Positions 50,972 through 61,792 of a stretch of DNA of 64,000 nt are shown piece after piece (the stretch's first letter is position 1; each line of letters begins with the position of its first letter). Both the position numbers and the translations under genes were made by a program. Where the stretch lies: assembly GCA_903893485.1 (NCBI GenBank), contig CAITMK010000004.1, forward strand, positions 431 through 64,430, read 5' to 3'. This stretch comes from Candidatus Magasanikiibacteriota bacterium (lineage in GTDB: Bacteria; Patescibacteriota; Patescibacteriia; Magasanikbacterales; 2-02-FULL-50-9b). The notes beneath the pieces were generated by a model. It was not told the DNA's origin. It did not search any database and worked only from the letters and a program-made list of their open reading frames with translations.

Positions 50972-51847
50972 TCACGAGCGCAGTGCAATCACAATTCGCT
51001 CGGCAATGAGCCGTGGATGCATATTTTGAAACAAGAGCGGGTGCAATTTTGCAATTGTTGCAATTGCCATGTGGCCTGGTTTTTTTTCGGTCAGCCATTG
51101 CATCCACCATTCAAACATTTCGCCCAAGTTTTGACGCGCCTCTATGTGGCGATCCTTTTTTTCAAATAAATCGGCGAGCCGTTTTTCGGCGGCAATAAAA
51201 CTTTCGGCGCCGAGTACATCAAAAAACCGTGCACGTTCATTGGTGTAGCGTTCACGAAACGAGGTGTCTTCCATAAACTTAATTGCAACGCCTGGGCGGC
51301 CTGCCGCGGCGCGCACCGCGTCGGGAATCATGAGCGACGACGCACCTGATGCACGAAGCCCTTCGGTAAGCGTGGCGTCGGGCACACCGCTGAGGCGAAA
51401 CATTGCCGCGCGCGACCTGATTGTTTGCAACACATTATCCTCGTGGCTGGCGAGCACAAAAAAATAGAGTTGGCGGCCTGGCTCTTCGAGAATTTTTAAA
51501 AGCGCGTTACCTGATTCTGCCTGCAACTCTTCGGCGCGTTCAATAATAATGATGAACGGTGTTCCCTGCGCAAGATGAAATAAATGGCGAATGCTACGAA
51601 CTTCAGCAACCGGGATCGCAGCACGTGGCGTGCCGGTTTTTGGATCCTCACCCGCCCGCAGACGAAAAATCGCCGGATGCGTTGTTGCGGCTTCGTACGA
51701 AATATTCAAAAGGCGCGCTGCCAAAAATGTTGCAAACGTATTTTTACCAACGCTTGGCGGCCCAACAAAAACAGTGGTTTGGGCCAGCGCGTCTGGTTTT
51801 ATATTTTCAAAATATTTTTGAATGCGTTCGTTGCCAATTAAATTCAT
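50972..51847 (-). CDS. holB: DNA polymerase III delta' subunit
   Basis: GPPSVGK, NALLKILEEP, TIRSR. Confidence 0.88.
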   Translation of the reverse strand: MNLIGNERIQKYFENIKPDALAQTTVFVGPPSVGKNTFATFLAARLLNISYEAATTHPAIFRLRAGEDPKTGTPRAAIPVAEVRSIRHLFHLAQGTPFIIIIERAEELQAESGNALLKILEEPGRQLYFFVLASHEDNVLQTIRSRAAMFRLSGVPDATLTEGLRASGASSLMIPDAVRAAAGRPGVAIKFMEDTSFRERYTNERARFFDVLGAESFIAAEKRLADLFEKKDRHIEARQNLGEMFEWWMQWLTEKKPGHMAIATIAKLHPLLFQNMHPRLIAERIVIALRS

Positions 51848-52920
51848 AGTGCCCGGTAGGTCAACGCGGCGGTTTTTTCCCATGAAAAATTTTGCAGGCG
51901 TTCGCGGCCACGCGAAATTAATTCATGACGCGCGGTTTCATTTTGTAACAATGTGATTACGGCTGCTGATAATTCATCTTCCGATGAAACAATTTTTGCA
52001 GCTTCATCTGCAACCTCACACACTGAGCCCGAATCCCACGCAACAACCGGCACGCTTGCCGCAAACGCTTCGAGCAGTGGCAAGCCAAAACCTTCGTAGC
52101 GCGTGGGGAAAACAAAAACCGCAGCGTGTTCATATAATGCCGCGCGCGTTGCATTATCGACAAAGCCTAATTCGTGAATGGCGCTGTGCGCGGGGCTTGC
52201 AGCGATTTGCAATTTTATTTTTTCATAGCCAACTCCTGGCGGACCAGCTAACAAAAGCTGCGCGCCCGTTGCTGTATTTATTTTTTCAAACGCGCGAACA
52301 AGGCGATCAATTCCCTTTTTATATTCCACACGGCCTACCGCCAAAATGTAACGCGCCGCAGCAACCGCGGGCAAAAAAGCACTTGGCTCTGCGGCGATTG
52401 GTAACGCCAATGGCGTTACCACGATTTTTTCTGGCGCGACGTGTAATAATTCTATCAATTTATTTTTTGTTTCGTTTGATGGCACTAATATTTTCTTCGC
52501 ACAAAAAATATTTCGGCGCGTCATTAGTTTTGCAAATAATTTTTCCGACCATGAATAACTTTCAGAGTCCCAAAAAAATGCGATATCGTGAATGGTGATT
52601 ACTAAATTACGCGGCGCAAAAAATGGTGCCACATGACCGGGTGTAAAAAAAACTTTTTTTGTTTTTGTTCGCGCGGCACGTGCCCATGCAAAACTCAAAC
52701 AAACTTGCGTCCACAAATATTTTGGTGGCCAAGGCAAAAATTTCCACGATACATTTGGCGTATCAATACATTTTTCTGATTTTGCCCACGCTGGTGCATA
52801 CAAAAAAAATTGATCCTCTGGGTGCGCGGCAACAAGTGCCCGAATAATTTCACACACATAAATCCCCACGCCCGTTGGCGCGCTCACACAGGCACGTGAA
52901 GCATCCACGTGAATCTCCAT
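51844..52920 (-). CDS. GT4 glycosyltransferase
   Basis: TGVGIY, TIHD, YEGFGLPLLEA, FSWEK. Confidence 0.92.
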   Translation of the reverse strand: MEIHVDASRACVSAPTGVGIYVCEIIRALVAAHPEDQFFLYAPAWAKSEKCIDTPNVSWKFLPWPPKYLWTQVCLSFAWARAARTKTKKVFFTPGHVAPFFAPRNLVITIHDIAFFWDSESYSWSEKLFAKLMTRRNIFCAKKILVPSNETKNKLIELLHVAPEKIVVTPLALPIAAEPSAFLPAVAAARYILAVGRVEYKKGIDRLVRAFEKINTATGAQLLLAGPPGVGYEKIKLQIAASPAHSAIHELGFVDNATRAALYEHAAVFVFPTRYEGFGLPLLEAFAASVPVVAWDSGSVCEVADEAAKIVSSEDELSAAVITLLQNETARHELISRGRERLQNFSWEKTAALTYRAL

Positions 52921-52921
52921 A

Positions 52922-53929
52922 TTATTTTGTTGCCAAAATACTGCGCTTGTATGCGTCCAAATTTTCGAGTGCAATACCCGTGCCCTTAACCACACACAAA
53001 AGTGGCTCATCAGCCACGTGCGCTGGCACACCAGTGGATTCCGTCAACAACACATCCAAATTACGAAGCAAGCTGGTACCGCCAGATAAAACCATTCCTT
53101 TTTCCATCACATCCGCAGAAAGTTCTGGCGGCGTTTTGTACAACACATCTTTCACCGCTTGCACAAAACCTTCGAGCTCGTGCTGAATCGCATCAGTTAC
53201 ATCGTCACTCGTGACCGTCAAAATGCGCGGCAAGCCTGAAACCATATCGCGACCCTTAATTTCGATAGATAATTTCTTTTCCAAATACATGGCGCTCCCA
53301 ACTTCAATTTTAATTTCTTCTGCGGTGCGCTCGCCCACAGCCAAACCGTATTTACGACGGATGTGTTCGGCGATTGCTGCGTCCAATTTATTACCACCAA
53401 TACGCACGGAACCGCTGGACACAATACCGCCAAGCGAAATAACTGCAATTTCTGCAGTGCCACCACCGGTGTTTACAATCATATGGCCACTTGCCGACCC
53501 GATTGGAATGTCCGCGCCAATTGCAGCCACAATTGGCTCTTTAATAATGTACGCAGCTTTTGCACCAGCTGCGAGCGTTGCATCAATAACCGCGCGACGT
53601 TCAGTTGAAGTAATGCCACCTGGCACCGAAACCATAACTTCAGGGCGAAACAATCGCATGCCGCCAACCGCTTTATTAATAAAATAGCGAAGCATTGCTT
53701 CGGTCACGCGATAATCCGCGATCACACCATCTTTGAGTGGGCGCAGCGCAACAATGGTGTCTGGCGTACGACCAAGCATGTCTTTTGCTTCTTTGCCCAC
53801 GGCCAAAACTTTTTTATCTACTTTTGAAATTGCAACCACGGATGGTTCATTAATAATGATGCCGCGTTTTGGCACATACACCAAAATATTTGTCGTTCCT
53901 AAATCAATACCGATTTTTGCAACCATCAT
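52922..53929 (-). CDS. mreB: Rod shape-determining protein MreB/Mbl
   Basis: [36 protein letters not shown]. Confidence 0.95.
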   Translation of the reverse strand: MMVAKIGIDLGTTNILVYVPKRGIIINEPSVVAISKVDKKVLAVGKEAKDMLGRTPDTIVALRPLKDGVIADYRVTEAMLRYFINKAVGGMRLFRPEVMVSVPGGITSTERRAVIDATLAAGAKAAYIIKEPIVAAIGADIPIGSASGHMIVNTGGGTAEIAVISLGGIVSSGSVRIGGNKLDAAIAEHIRRKYGLAVGERTAEEIKIEVGSAMYLEKKLSIEIKGRDMVSGLPRILTVTSDDVTDAIQHELEGFVQAVKDVLYKTPPELSADVMEKGMVLSGGTSLLRNLDVLLTESTGVPAHVADEPLLCVVKGTGIALENLDAYKRSILATK

Positions 53930-53941
53930 ACCGTTCGAATA

Positions 53942-55378
53942 TTACCATTGTACCGAAAAATTTTGATCAGTTTTGAGCGTGCCCTGCCAATCGTACGCAC
54001 CATCACCAAAATGTGCGGGCGCTTCTGGTGGCGTTGCCTGTCCTAGGGTTGTACCAAAATCATCGTGTATCGTCAAATCAAATTGTGGCAAACCAAGTTG
54101 CTTTTGAACAAACAACCTATAGTGATGTGCGGCAATTGCCTGTAAAACCTCTGGCGCTGGGGTAAAACGAAATGTTACGGTGTGCGAAGTGCCCGGCTCG
54201 ACCGAAACAAACGCACCAACTGACAAAAATCCATCTTCATGTTCCTGCCCAAACTCGCCAGGCTTTGTTATTTTGTCGCCCGACATCGCACCATCGCCGC
54301 CTAAAAAGGTTGCGTTGCCCGGCACGAACACACGCAAATACGTTCGGTAACGCGTAGTGCGATAATCAAAGCTGCCCGTGTGTTTATATGTTACCGCAAC
54401 CGATTCTTCCCACGCACCAGTTTTATTTTGAGCAAGTGAAACTACCGCGGAGCGATCAATTACACGATCTGTTTTAAGCGCGGCCAAATTCGCATCAACA
54501 ATTTGCAACTTATCGGGCGTTCCTGGCAGCATGCGGCCAGACCATTGCAACGCATCGAGCGAGCGCTGCACTGCTGGATCAATATCATATATCATGACAT
54601 GACGATTTTTAATAAGTTCAAATCCATCTTGCAAAAGCGCACCCCAACTTGTTGGCGAAATTACTGCCATGCGCTGCGCAAGTACGCCGGCCAACTTTCC
54701 CAAAATTTCTTTTCGCTTTTCTGTTGGAATTTGTTTGTGCGTAAAATCAACTTCAACCGAATATTCAAGTAAATCTGAAATCGTATCTGAGGTAAATGTA
54801 ACGTCATCAATCGTAATTGGCCCGGTATATTTCATGAGCGTTTGCAAAACCTCTGGTGTGATTGCAACAACCGTATGCACATCGGCTGCCTGCGCACCAC
54901 CTTCTGCGGCATAAAATTGCAACGCACGTTGCGCATCTGTTACAAAATCTGGCGACCAATTTGAATCACGAAAAAACCAACGCGTTGATTGTAAATATGT
55001 TTGTAATGCCTGTGGTGGTGCAACTTCAAAACTTCCCGGCGCTGCATCATCAATTTTTTCAGTGCCTTCGATTTTCATTTTTGTTGGCACACCATGATCA
55101 AATGTCACTAATCCGTACGAACCAATAAATCCACCGCCCGGACGCAATTCAGTATTATTTAAAAACAAAAATAAAACCGTATTCGGATGATCAATGCCAA
55201 GCACCCGCGGCACGACTCCTCCAACGGGCAGTGCTGAAGGATTTGTTTTCTCAATTACGGAATCAATGATGCGGGCCGCAAACACGCTGCTGTGCGTAAC
55301 TGCCCACAAGGAGCCCGCACCAGTAGCCCCAACAATTACGGCCAAGCCAAGTGCGATAAAGAGCGATTTTTTTTTCAT
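53942..55378 (-). CDS. DUF4012-like exported protein
   Basis: NNTELRPGGGFIGSY and RDSNWSPDF motifs. Confidence 0.85.
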   Translation of the reverse strand: MKKKSLFIALGLAVIVGATGAGSLWAVTHSSVFAARIIDSVIEKTNPSALPVGGVVPRVLGIDHPNTVLFLFLNNTELRPGGGFIGSYGLVTFDHGVPTKMKIEGTEKIDDAAPGSFEVAPPQALQTYLQSTRWFFRDSNWSPDFVTDAQRALQFYAAEGGAQAADVHTVVAITPEVLQTLMKYTGPITIDDVTFTSDTISDLLEYSVEVDFTHKQIPTEKRKEILGKLAGVLAQRMAVISPTSWGALLQDGFELIKNRHVMIYDIDPAVQRSLDALQWSGRMLPGTPDKLQIVDANLAALKTDRVIDRSAVVSLAQNKTGAWEESVAVTYKHTGSFDYRTTRYRTYLRVFVPGNATFLGGDGAMSGDKITKPGEFGQEHEDGFLSVGAFVSVEPGTSHTVTFRFTPAPEVLQAIAAHHYRLFVQKQLGLPQFDLTIHDDFGTTLGQATPPEAPAHFGDGAYDWQGTLKTDQNFSVQW

Positions 55379-55379
55379 A

Positions 55380-56909
55380 TTATTTGGTAGCGATGGATGC
55401 TAAATCTTCGGCATGCATACGCTTCTTCTGTGATACATTAAACCCTAAATAGCGGCCGAACAGCAAGCGCGTCGTTGCGTCGAGCGCTGGAAGTGCTGAG
55501 AAAAAAATCATGGACACGGGCACTAAAATCCACTGCAAAAACATAAACAACCACGCGTGCTTTTTTGCATGTCGTGGCGGCGGCGGCAATAATTTGGTGG
55601 ATAAAATAATACTCAGTACAATGCCACTCATGGAAATAATCATGAGCCATTCCAAAATATGCGGCGTGTTTTGAAATAACACGGTGCGGCGTACTTCATC
55701 GCCCGCAACGAGTAGCGGTAAACGACCAAAAACTAAAATGAAAATTGAGGTGGTGCACCAAGAAAATTTACCTTCCCACTGCACGAAAATTTTATGCACG
55801 CGTTCCCAAAATGGAATCTCATGATGTTTTGGAAAATGCCACAGCATAAATGGAATATGCTCCGCGCCCCATGCCCAGCGACGTTGCTGTTTGTACAAAT
55901 TCACCACCGATTTTTTGAACGAACGATCCGCAACCGTATCCATGGAAACTGGAATATACATTGGTACCACTTCATAGTTGCCGCCATATTTTAAATAGCA
56001 CTGCAACATGATACGCGAATCTTCACTCACAATATTTTTTTGCCAAAAACCAACATCAACCAGCGCCTCAAAACTCATGCTGTGCGATGAAAATGTACCC
56101 AAAAGTTCTGGTCGCGCAAACGCAAAAAGTAAATAAAACGTGGTACCAAACGCCATAATGCGCAGCGGCGCCGCAGATTCCCAAATATTATTATTGTACA
56201 GCGCAACCGGCTGAAACGATGCGTGTGTTGGATTTGGATGCGTGGCATACATGTATGTGAGACATGCAAAATACGATGGATGAATAATCGTATCGATATC
56301 GAACGCGGACACAATAATATTTTTGTACACAATCCCGCGTGCATCAAACCATTTTTGAACTTCATGCCCCGCGTAATGCAAATTCGACCCCTTGCCTGGA
56401 ATTTCGCCAGGTAAATTTTTTGGATGCACCGTAAGCACAAAACCAAAAAAATGTTTTTCGTATTCTTTTTGAATGTGTTCTGCGAACGTGTGAAAATGTT
56501 CCGCCTGACGCTCTTCGCCCGCAAGCACCACGACCATGCGATTTGATGGAAATTTAGAACTCAATAATGCATCAAGTGTAGTACGAACCACTTCTTCATC
56601 TTCATTATAGATCGGCAAAAAAATACAGTGCACGTAATTTTCGGTGGCCGTGCCCAAACTTTTTACGCGCGCCATCCAATCGGTGCGACGAGAAACTTCA
56701 AATTCGCGCCATGATGAGAGCAAGAAAAAAATATAATACACCACGCGGAATACCCAATATAAATCGAATAAAAGAATCGCGTAGATCACCCAGAGCGGAC
56801 GCACAAAACTACAAATTGTAGCACCAATTAAAGATCCCCACACCAAAAGACCTGGAAGCATTTCGTACAAACGATATTTTTGATAGTTGGTCAATCGAAA
56901 CGAAATCAT
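55380..56909 (-). CDS. Membrane GT2 glycosyltransferase (processive type)
   Basis: PIYNE, DID, SED, QQRRWAWG; TM segments. Confidence 0.88.
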   Translation of the reverse strand: MISFRLTNYQKYRLYEMLPGLLVWGSLIGATICSFVRPLWVIYAILLFDLYWVFRVVYYIFFLLSSWREFEVSRRTDWMARVKSLGTATENYVHCIFLPIYNEDEEVVRTTLDALLSSKFPSNRMVVVLAGEERQAEHFHTFAEHIQKEYEKHFFGFVLTVHPKNLPGEIPGKGSNLHYAGHEVQKWFDARGIVYKNIIVSAFDIDTIIHPSYFACLTYMYATHPNPTHASFQPVALYNNNIWESAAPLRIMAFGTTFYLLFAFARPELLGTFSSHSMSFEALVDVGFWQKNIVSEDSRIMLQCYLKYGGNYEVVPMYIPVSMDTVADRSFKKSVVNLYKQQRRWAWGAEHIPFMLWHFPKHHEIPFWERVHKIFVQWEGKFSWCTTSIFILVFGRLPLLVAGDEVRRTVLFQNTPHILEWLMIISMSGIVLSIILSTKLLPPPPRHAKKHAWLFMFLQWILVPVSMIFFSALPALDATTRLLFGRYLGFNVSQKKRMHAEDLASIATK

Positions 56910-57271
56910 GTTGGCATGGTGATATGTGCCTCACGCTGATATGAAAACGTGCTAGCATGTGCCAGCGCAAATGCAATTTGTTCTGGCGTTTCAATTTCGC
57001 TTTCGACAAAATGAATTGGTGTGCTGCGCGTTGCCGCAAACACATTTGCCGCAACGAGCGCTGCGCGGCTTGCTGAAAACGACCCAATATGTGCGCGCAC
57101 TATAACCGCGGTGAATTTTTGGCGCACGCGAGCCACGGTTGCAATTACATCCCCGCCCTGCGGCACTACTTCAGAAAAAGGAAATTTATTTTTTGCAAGC
57201 ACCCGCACTAACATGCCACCTTCGGCGCGCGGTTCAAGTACTAAATAAATTGGATCTGCTATTTTTTTCAT
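56906..57271 (-). CDS. Reduced TsaB-like protein
   Basis: GSFSASRAALVAAN resembles TsaB GSFTGLR; only 121 aa. Confidence 0.5.
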   Translation of the reverse strand: MKKIADPIYLVLEPRAEGGMLVRVLAKNKFPFSEVVPQGGDVIATVARVRQKFTAVIVRAHIGSFSASRAALVAANVFAATRSTPIHFVESEIETPEQIAFALAHASTFSYQREAHITMPT

Positions 57272-57861
57272 AAAATAGTATTAATCGCTTTTTCATGGCG
57301 CGAATCAAGCACTTCGTAAATAAAACGATCCATGAGTTGGCGGCGTTCTTCGAATTCGCGCAGCGGCATAATCGCATAACGCACAGCGATTCCATGATCG
57401 TGTTCAAATTCATTCATGATTTTTGTTAGCTCGTGTGCAGGCACCGTACCAACGATGAGCATGTCGACTGAAGTATTTGCATTCGTAAATGATCCGGTAA
57501 AAAGCAAAAGTTTAATATCACCCAAACCAACAATTTGATTACGCAAAGAATCTTCGCCAAGCACATGTGATTTTAAAAGTAGCGCGCGCAATTCTGGATA
57601 CAGTGGTGACGCCTCGTTCAATCGATAATATTTTCGTTTTGCTTCGTGTGCATCTTCGGCCTCGCCGGTAAGATTCTCTGGCGCATCAACCGCAGCAATA
57701 ATTCCTGAATTGGTTAAATGCGTCAGTTCACGGCGAACTGCGTTAATCTGTGTATCTGCCAAACGGGTCAATTCGCGCACAAAAAAATGCCTTTGCGGTT
57801 CACGATAAAAAAGGCGGAGAAGTTTGACGCGAGTTCTGGAGCCAAAAAGATGGTCAAGCAT
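57268..57861 (-). CDS. Winged-helix plus degenerate nucleotidyltransferase-like protein
   Basis: LFGSRTRVKLL, VRELTR..INAVRREL, TGSF..VDMLIVG. Confidence 0.75.
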   Translation of the reverse strand: MLDHLFGSRTRVKLLRLFYREPQRHFFVRELTRLADTQINAVRRELTHLTNSGIIAAVDAPENLTGEAEDAHEAKRKYYRLNEASPLYPELRALLLKSHVLGEDSLRNQIVGLGDIKLLLFTGSFTNANTSVDMLIVGTVPAHELTKIMNEFEHDHGIAVRYAIMPLREFEERRQLMDRFIYEVLDSRHEKAINTIL

Positions 57862-57904
57862 GTGTATCTATAGTATACTTGGGGCAAGCCCCCTGGTCAA
57901 TGGT

Positions 57905-59968
57905 ATGAATGAACGACTTTCCCTTCAAATTAACGATTTTTTAATCGAGGGACGTGACGAAGAAAAATCGCACGTCATCCTAGAAATCGCAAAACCCGTG
58001 CCCGAGGAACTCCTCACACACGGGCATTTTATTGCTTTGGCTGAAATGGCCGGCGCAACCCCAAAAACAATCAACATGGTTCGCGCCTGGGTTGAATTTG
58101 CGATTGATGCATTTTACGGATCCGTTCCAAGCAACCTTGAACAACATTTTGAAGATTTGCTGCAGCGTTTAAATACACAAAGTTCATTATATTTAAAACA
58201 ACACCCCGAAACACAGCTGCACATGGCGATTTTGGCCATTCGTGGTACCGATGTGCTTCTTTCATTTCATGGCGCACCAAGTGTGCTTCTTTTATATCGC
58301 AAACAAGATTCGTGGCATTCCATGAATTTAGCTGAAGCCGATGCAGCGCCTGCTGCCCTGTTTTCGAACGTGCTTACGGGCACACTGCGCCCCGGCGATC
58401 GTATGTGTCTTGCATCAGGCCGTGTCATCGAATTTTTCTCGGCCGATCGCATTGCAAAACTGTGCGAAACAAAATCAACTGCCGAAGTAGCCGAGCACAT
58501 GGCACGGATTTTAAACGATCTTGCAGCCGACGTTTCTTTTGCAGGCGCGTGTATTGAGTTGGAAAAAATTATCGAACCAGAACCCGAAGCGGAATTACCC
58601 GCACGCGTTGCTGAAGCGCCACAAAAAAAATCAATTCATTCGATGAAAGAGTTGTTGCAAAAAACTACATCCACCGAATCTCTTTTATCGCCGCCGGTTA
58701 TTTCAATTTCAAAAGATAAAGTGGTAACCGATACTTTGCGCATTGTGCAGCGTGGTGCGGTTGCGGTTGGACGCGTCACGGTTGGTGCAATTCAAAGTAC
58801 TGCCACATTTACCAAACGTAGCACGCCGCATGTTTCACGCGTCTGTCGTTCTACCTGGCAACATGTTCATAAGTTTTTAGACGCGCGCGCTCCAAACTCG
58901 CGCAAAAATATTCAAATTGGCGTTGGCGCAATTGCCGCAATTTTACTTATTGGTGGTGGTGTTTTATTTTATCGGAGCCACGCCGCGGGTATTGCCGCCG
59001 ATCGAGCAGCACTTGCAGAAATTCAAAATGGTGTACAAGCAGCAGATGGTGCAATTACGTTTCAAAATTCAAGCCGCGCAATCGAATTAATTACCACCGC
59101 GCGCAGCCAATTTAATTTACTTTCAAAAAATGCACAGTCCGGCACTGATGGTGTTGCACTTGAGGCGTCGATCACGAACGAAGAATTAAAAATTTATCGC
59201 GTAACACCCGTTGCATTTGAGCAAGTTGCGCCGCATACCGACGCAACACAAATTGCCGTTGTGCGTTCAACACCATTTACACTTTCTGTGGATGGCGCGC
59301 TCAGCACCATGCGCAACGGCGCGCTCACCGCGGCAATTTCAGTGCCTGCAAAAACCAACATGTTGTTCGATCCTGATGGCGATCGATTATTATTCCCTGG
59401 CTTAGACGGCTCAATTAAGGCGGTTGCATCGCGCACCATGGTGGCGACTGATTTAAAAATTGATCATCCTGCAGAGCAAACACATTTTGATGCAATGCAA
59501 ATTTATTCTGGGCGCTTGTACGTGTACGACAGTGCGCTACAAAAAATTTATCGCTACGACAAAACGCCAACTGGTTTTGGCAATGGTACTTCGTGGATTA
59601 AAGATAGTGGCAAACCGATGGGCGTAACCGCGCTACAAGCCGACACCTCGCTGTGGATGCTCACCAACGTTGGCGCACTTTTGAAATACACTGCCGGTAA
59701 GGCGCAACTTTTTCACCCAAGCGGCGCGGTGCCCGAATTGCAACACATCGATTCGTTTCAACTTGGTGGCGGCTCAAATAATTTGTATATTTTGGATCAC
59801 GCAAATAATCGCATTGCGGTTTTGGATCGCAGTGGCGCGCTGGTTAAGCAATATCGCTTCCCTGCAGGCAGCAATTTGCGCGCGTTTGATATTGATGATA
59901 AAGAAACGACGATTTTTGGGATTTCGGATGATGGAAAGTTAATTAAATTTGCAGTTTCGGCGCAGTAA
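57905..59968 (+). CDS. Membrane protein: PP2C-like cytoplasmic domain, TM, beta-propeller
   Basis: GTLRPGDRMCLAS, TM segment, LYVYD / LYILD..NNRI propeller blades. Confidence 0.7.
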   Translation: MNERLSLQINDFLIEGRDEEKSHVILEIAKPVPEELLTHGHFIALAEMAGATPKTINMVRAWVEFAIDAFYGSVPSNLEQHFEDLLQRLNTQSSLYLKQHPETQLHMAILAIRGTDVLLSFHGAPSVLLLYRKQDSWHSMNLAEADAAPAALFSNVLTGTLRPGDRMCLASGRVIEFFSADRIAKLCETKSTAEVAEHMARILNDLAADVSFAGACIELEKIIEPEPEAELPARVAEAPQKKSIHSMKELLQKTTSTESLLSPPVISISKDKVVTDTLRIVQRGAVAVGRVTVGAIQSTATFTKRSTPHVSRVCRSTWQHVHKFLDARAPNSRKNIQIGVGAIAAILLIGGGVLFYRSHAAGIAADRAALAEIQNGVQAADGAITFQNSSRAIELITTARSQFNLLSKNAQSGTDGVALEASITNEELKIYRVTPVAFEQVAPHTDATQIAVVRSTPFTLSVDGALSTMRNGALTAAISVPAKTNMLFDPDGDRLLFPGLDGSIKAVASRTMVATDLKIDHPAEQTHFDAMQIYSGRLYVYDSALQKIYRYDKTPTGFGNGTSWIKDSGKPMGVTALQADTSLWMLTNVGALLKYTAGKAQLFHPSGAVPELQHIDSFQLGGGSNNLYILDHANNRIAVLDRSGALVKQYRFPAGSNLRAFDIDDKETTIFGISDDGKLIKFAVSAQ

Positions 59969-60106
59969 TTTTTCTTTTATCCTCTGAGGAGACGCGTCAG
60001 TTTCCCCGGCGGGAAACTGCGCTCGGCCTCGGCGCGGCTCGTCTTGGCTTCGCCAAGACTCCGGCCCGCCGCGCCTGCGGATGCTCCTCAGCGAACAAAA
60101 GAAAAA
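59969..60106 (-). repeat. Structured palindromic element, copy A
   Basis: 23-bp arms (3 mismatches) around a conserved ~92-bp multi-hairpin core. Confidence 0.85.
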
Positions 60107-60199
60107 CTTGCCCCAAAAAAATGCAAACGCCCACGCCGCCGTAAAGAAAGTTAGGAAATTTGTATACAGCATGTTTATGTGAACACGGGGGCAATCAAT

Positions 60200-60964
60200 T
60201 CATTTAACCGATTCCATCGACTTGTCTTTATTATTGTATAATTTTCTAATCAACTTTCCAATTTCCATTCTCATTTCATTTGTAATCCCAACTGTTGACT
60301 GGAGATTGTTGCTCCATGCATAAATCTTAATTATTTTGGTTGATAGTGACAAATCAAATTCATAAATGTCACAAGTCTTTTTTGCAACCAGTAGTTTTTC
60401 ATGCCTGATCGGTGTCGGCTTAAAATAGTTTTTAAAAATCTCTGTTGCTTCTTTGCCATTTATTAACAAAATTTCAACCCTTTCTTCTATAAGCTGCCTC
60501 TCCAAAAAGATAATATTACTTTGGATAAGCTGTTTTTTTGTTAAATAATCTAAACTTCTCCAAATTGGATCTGTCGCCCATTGAATAATATCTAAATGGC
60601 AGGCCGTACCTGTATAATAAGAAACAGAAAAACCTTTAAGAATATTGTTTTCTAATTGGTCGAACCATTTTTTATACGGATTATTTTGGAAATACTTTAA
60701 ACAAGTGTCAAATACTTTTTCAGCTTGTGCCTGTGTTAAACTTGATAAACTGTTTGCATTAAGAGAACTTAATGTTTCAAGCCTTCTTTGTTTTTCGACT
60801 AATTCTTTGCCGTCTTTTTGAAACTCATTTTTGCTTGGATTTATTCCAAGCGTTGCAACGGTTGCGTTTTTAATATTTCCAAAAAACACAATCGGAGTCG
60901 ACCCACCTACAATAAATGAATTGTTTGCATTTGTCCTAATTCTTAATTCTGTGATTTTTTTCAT
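60200..60964 (-). CDS. AT-rich UDG-superfamily-like protein
   Basis: PIVFFGN..VATLGINPS..EF, YF.NNPY..WF, HLDIIQWAT, ILLING motifs. Confidence 0.6.
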   Translation of the reverse strand: MKKITELRIRTNANNSFIVGGSTPIVFFGNIKNATVATLGINPSKNEFQKDGKELVEKQRRLETLSSLNANSLSSLTQAQAEKVFDTCLKYFQNNPYKKWFDQLENNILKGFSVSYYTGTACHLDIIQWATDPIWRSLDYLTKKQLIQSNIIFLERQLIEERVEILLINGKEATEIFKNYFKPTPIRHEKLLVAKKTCDIYEFDLSLSTKIIKIYAWSNNLQSTVGITNEMRMEIGKLIRKLYNNKDKSMESVK

Positions 60965-61177
60965 AATTTATTCAAGAATGAAGAAGAGGTTGGGTCCACA
61001 TGCAGCTCGCAATATTACCTTCTTACCATACTGCTATAGCCTTGTAGAAGACTTTTTATTTGCTCTGTCTCGGTTGATTTTGTAATTACTTCCCCGTAGC
61101 CGCAGTCTATCATATGTTATCCGTATAATACAAAAAGGAAATAAGCCTCCCTGAAGGATTTTTATTTTGAGGTTCAT

Positions 61178-61318
61178 TTTTCTCTTTTGTTTTTTTCGGA
61201 GATATCCGGAGGCGCGGCGGGCTGGTGTCTTGCCGAAGGCAAGACGAGCCGAGCCGGGGTTAAGCGCAAAATCGCGCTGGCGATTTTGACGCGGCTCCGA
61301 AAAAAACAAAAGAGAAAA
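61178..61318 (+). repeat. Structured palindromic element, copy B (inverted relative to A)
   Basis: Perfect 24-bp arms 61178-61201/61295-61318; same core with compensatory changes. Confidence 0.85.
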
Positions 61319-61329
61319 TTCGTAGCGCA

Positions 61330-61367
61330 AAACAAAAAACCGCCCTTTCGAGCGGCCTTTTTGTTTC
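61330..61367 (-). terminator. Terminator after rplL
   Basis: AAACAAAAAACCGC..GCGGCCTTTTTGTTT. Confidence 0.65.
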
Positions 61368-61379
61368 GGAAAAGAAAAA

Positions 61380-61781
61380 TTATTTAACAGCTACCTTAGC
61401 ACCTGCTTCTTCCAATTTCTTTTTCAATTCTTCTGCTTCTGCTTTGCCAACTGCTTCCTTAACAGCCTTTGGAGCTGCGTCTACGAGGCCTTTAGCTTCT
61501 GCGAGACCCAAACCGGTTACTTCGCGAACTACTTTAATAACACCGATTTTGTTTGCACCTGCTTCGAGGAGTTCAACAGTAAATTCTGTTTTTTCTTCTG
61601 CTGCAGCTGCTGGACCTGCTGCTGGACCTGCCATCATCATGGCTGGAGCTGCTGCAGATACGCCGTAGTGATCTTCAAGAACTTTAACAAGTTCTGAAAG
61701 GTCGAGAACTGAGAGCTTGTCGATTGATTCGATCAAACCAGCAAATTTTGCTGGGATTTCTTTCTTTGTTTCGTCTGACAT
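61380..61781 (-). CDS. rplL: 50S ribosomal protein L7/L12
   Basis: [37 protein letters not shown]. Confidence 0.98.
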   Translation of the reverse strand: MSDETKKEIPAKFAGLIESIDKLSVLDLSELVKVLEDHYGVSAAAPAMMMAGPAAGPAAAAEEKTEFTVELLEAGANKIGVIKVVREVTGLGLAEAKGLVDAAPKAVKEAVGKAEAEELKKKLEEAGAKVAVK

Positions 61782-61792
61782 ATATAATTAGA

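Noticed and set aside
61015-61113. 32-aa ORF MIDCGYGEVITK... upstream of the UDG-like gene
   Set aside because: Short with no motif; could be a remnant but cannot be supported
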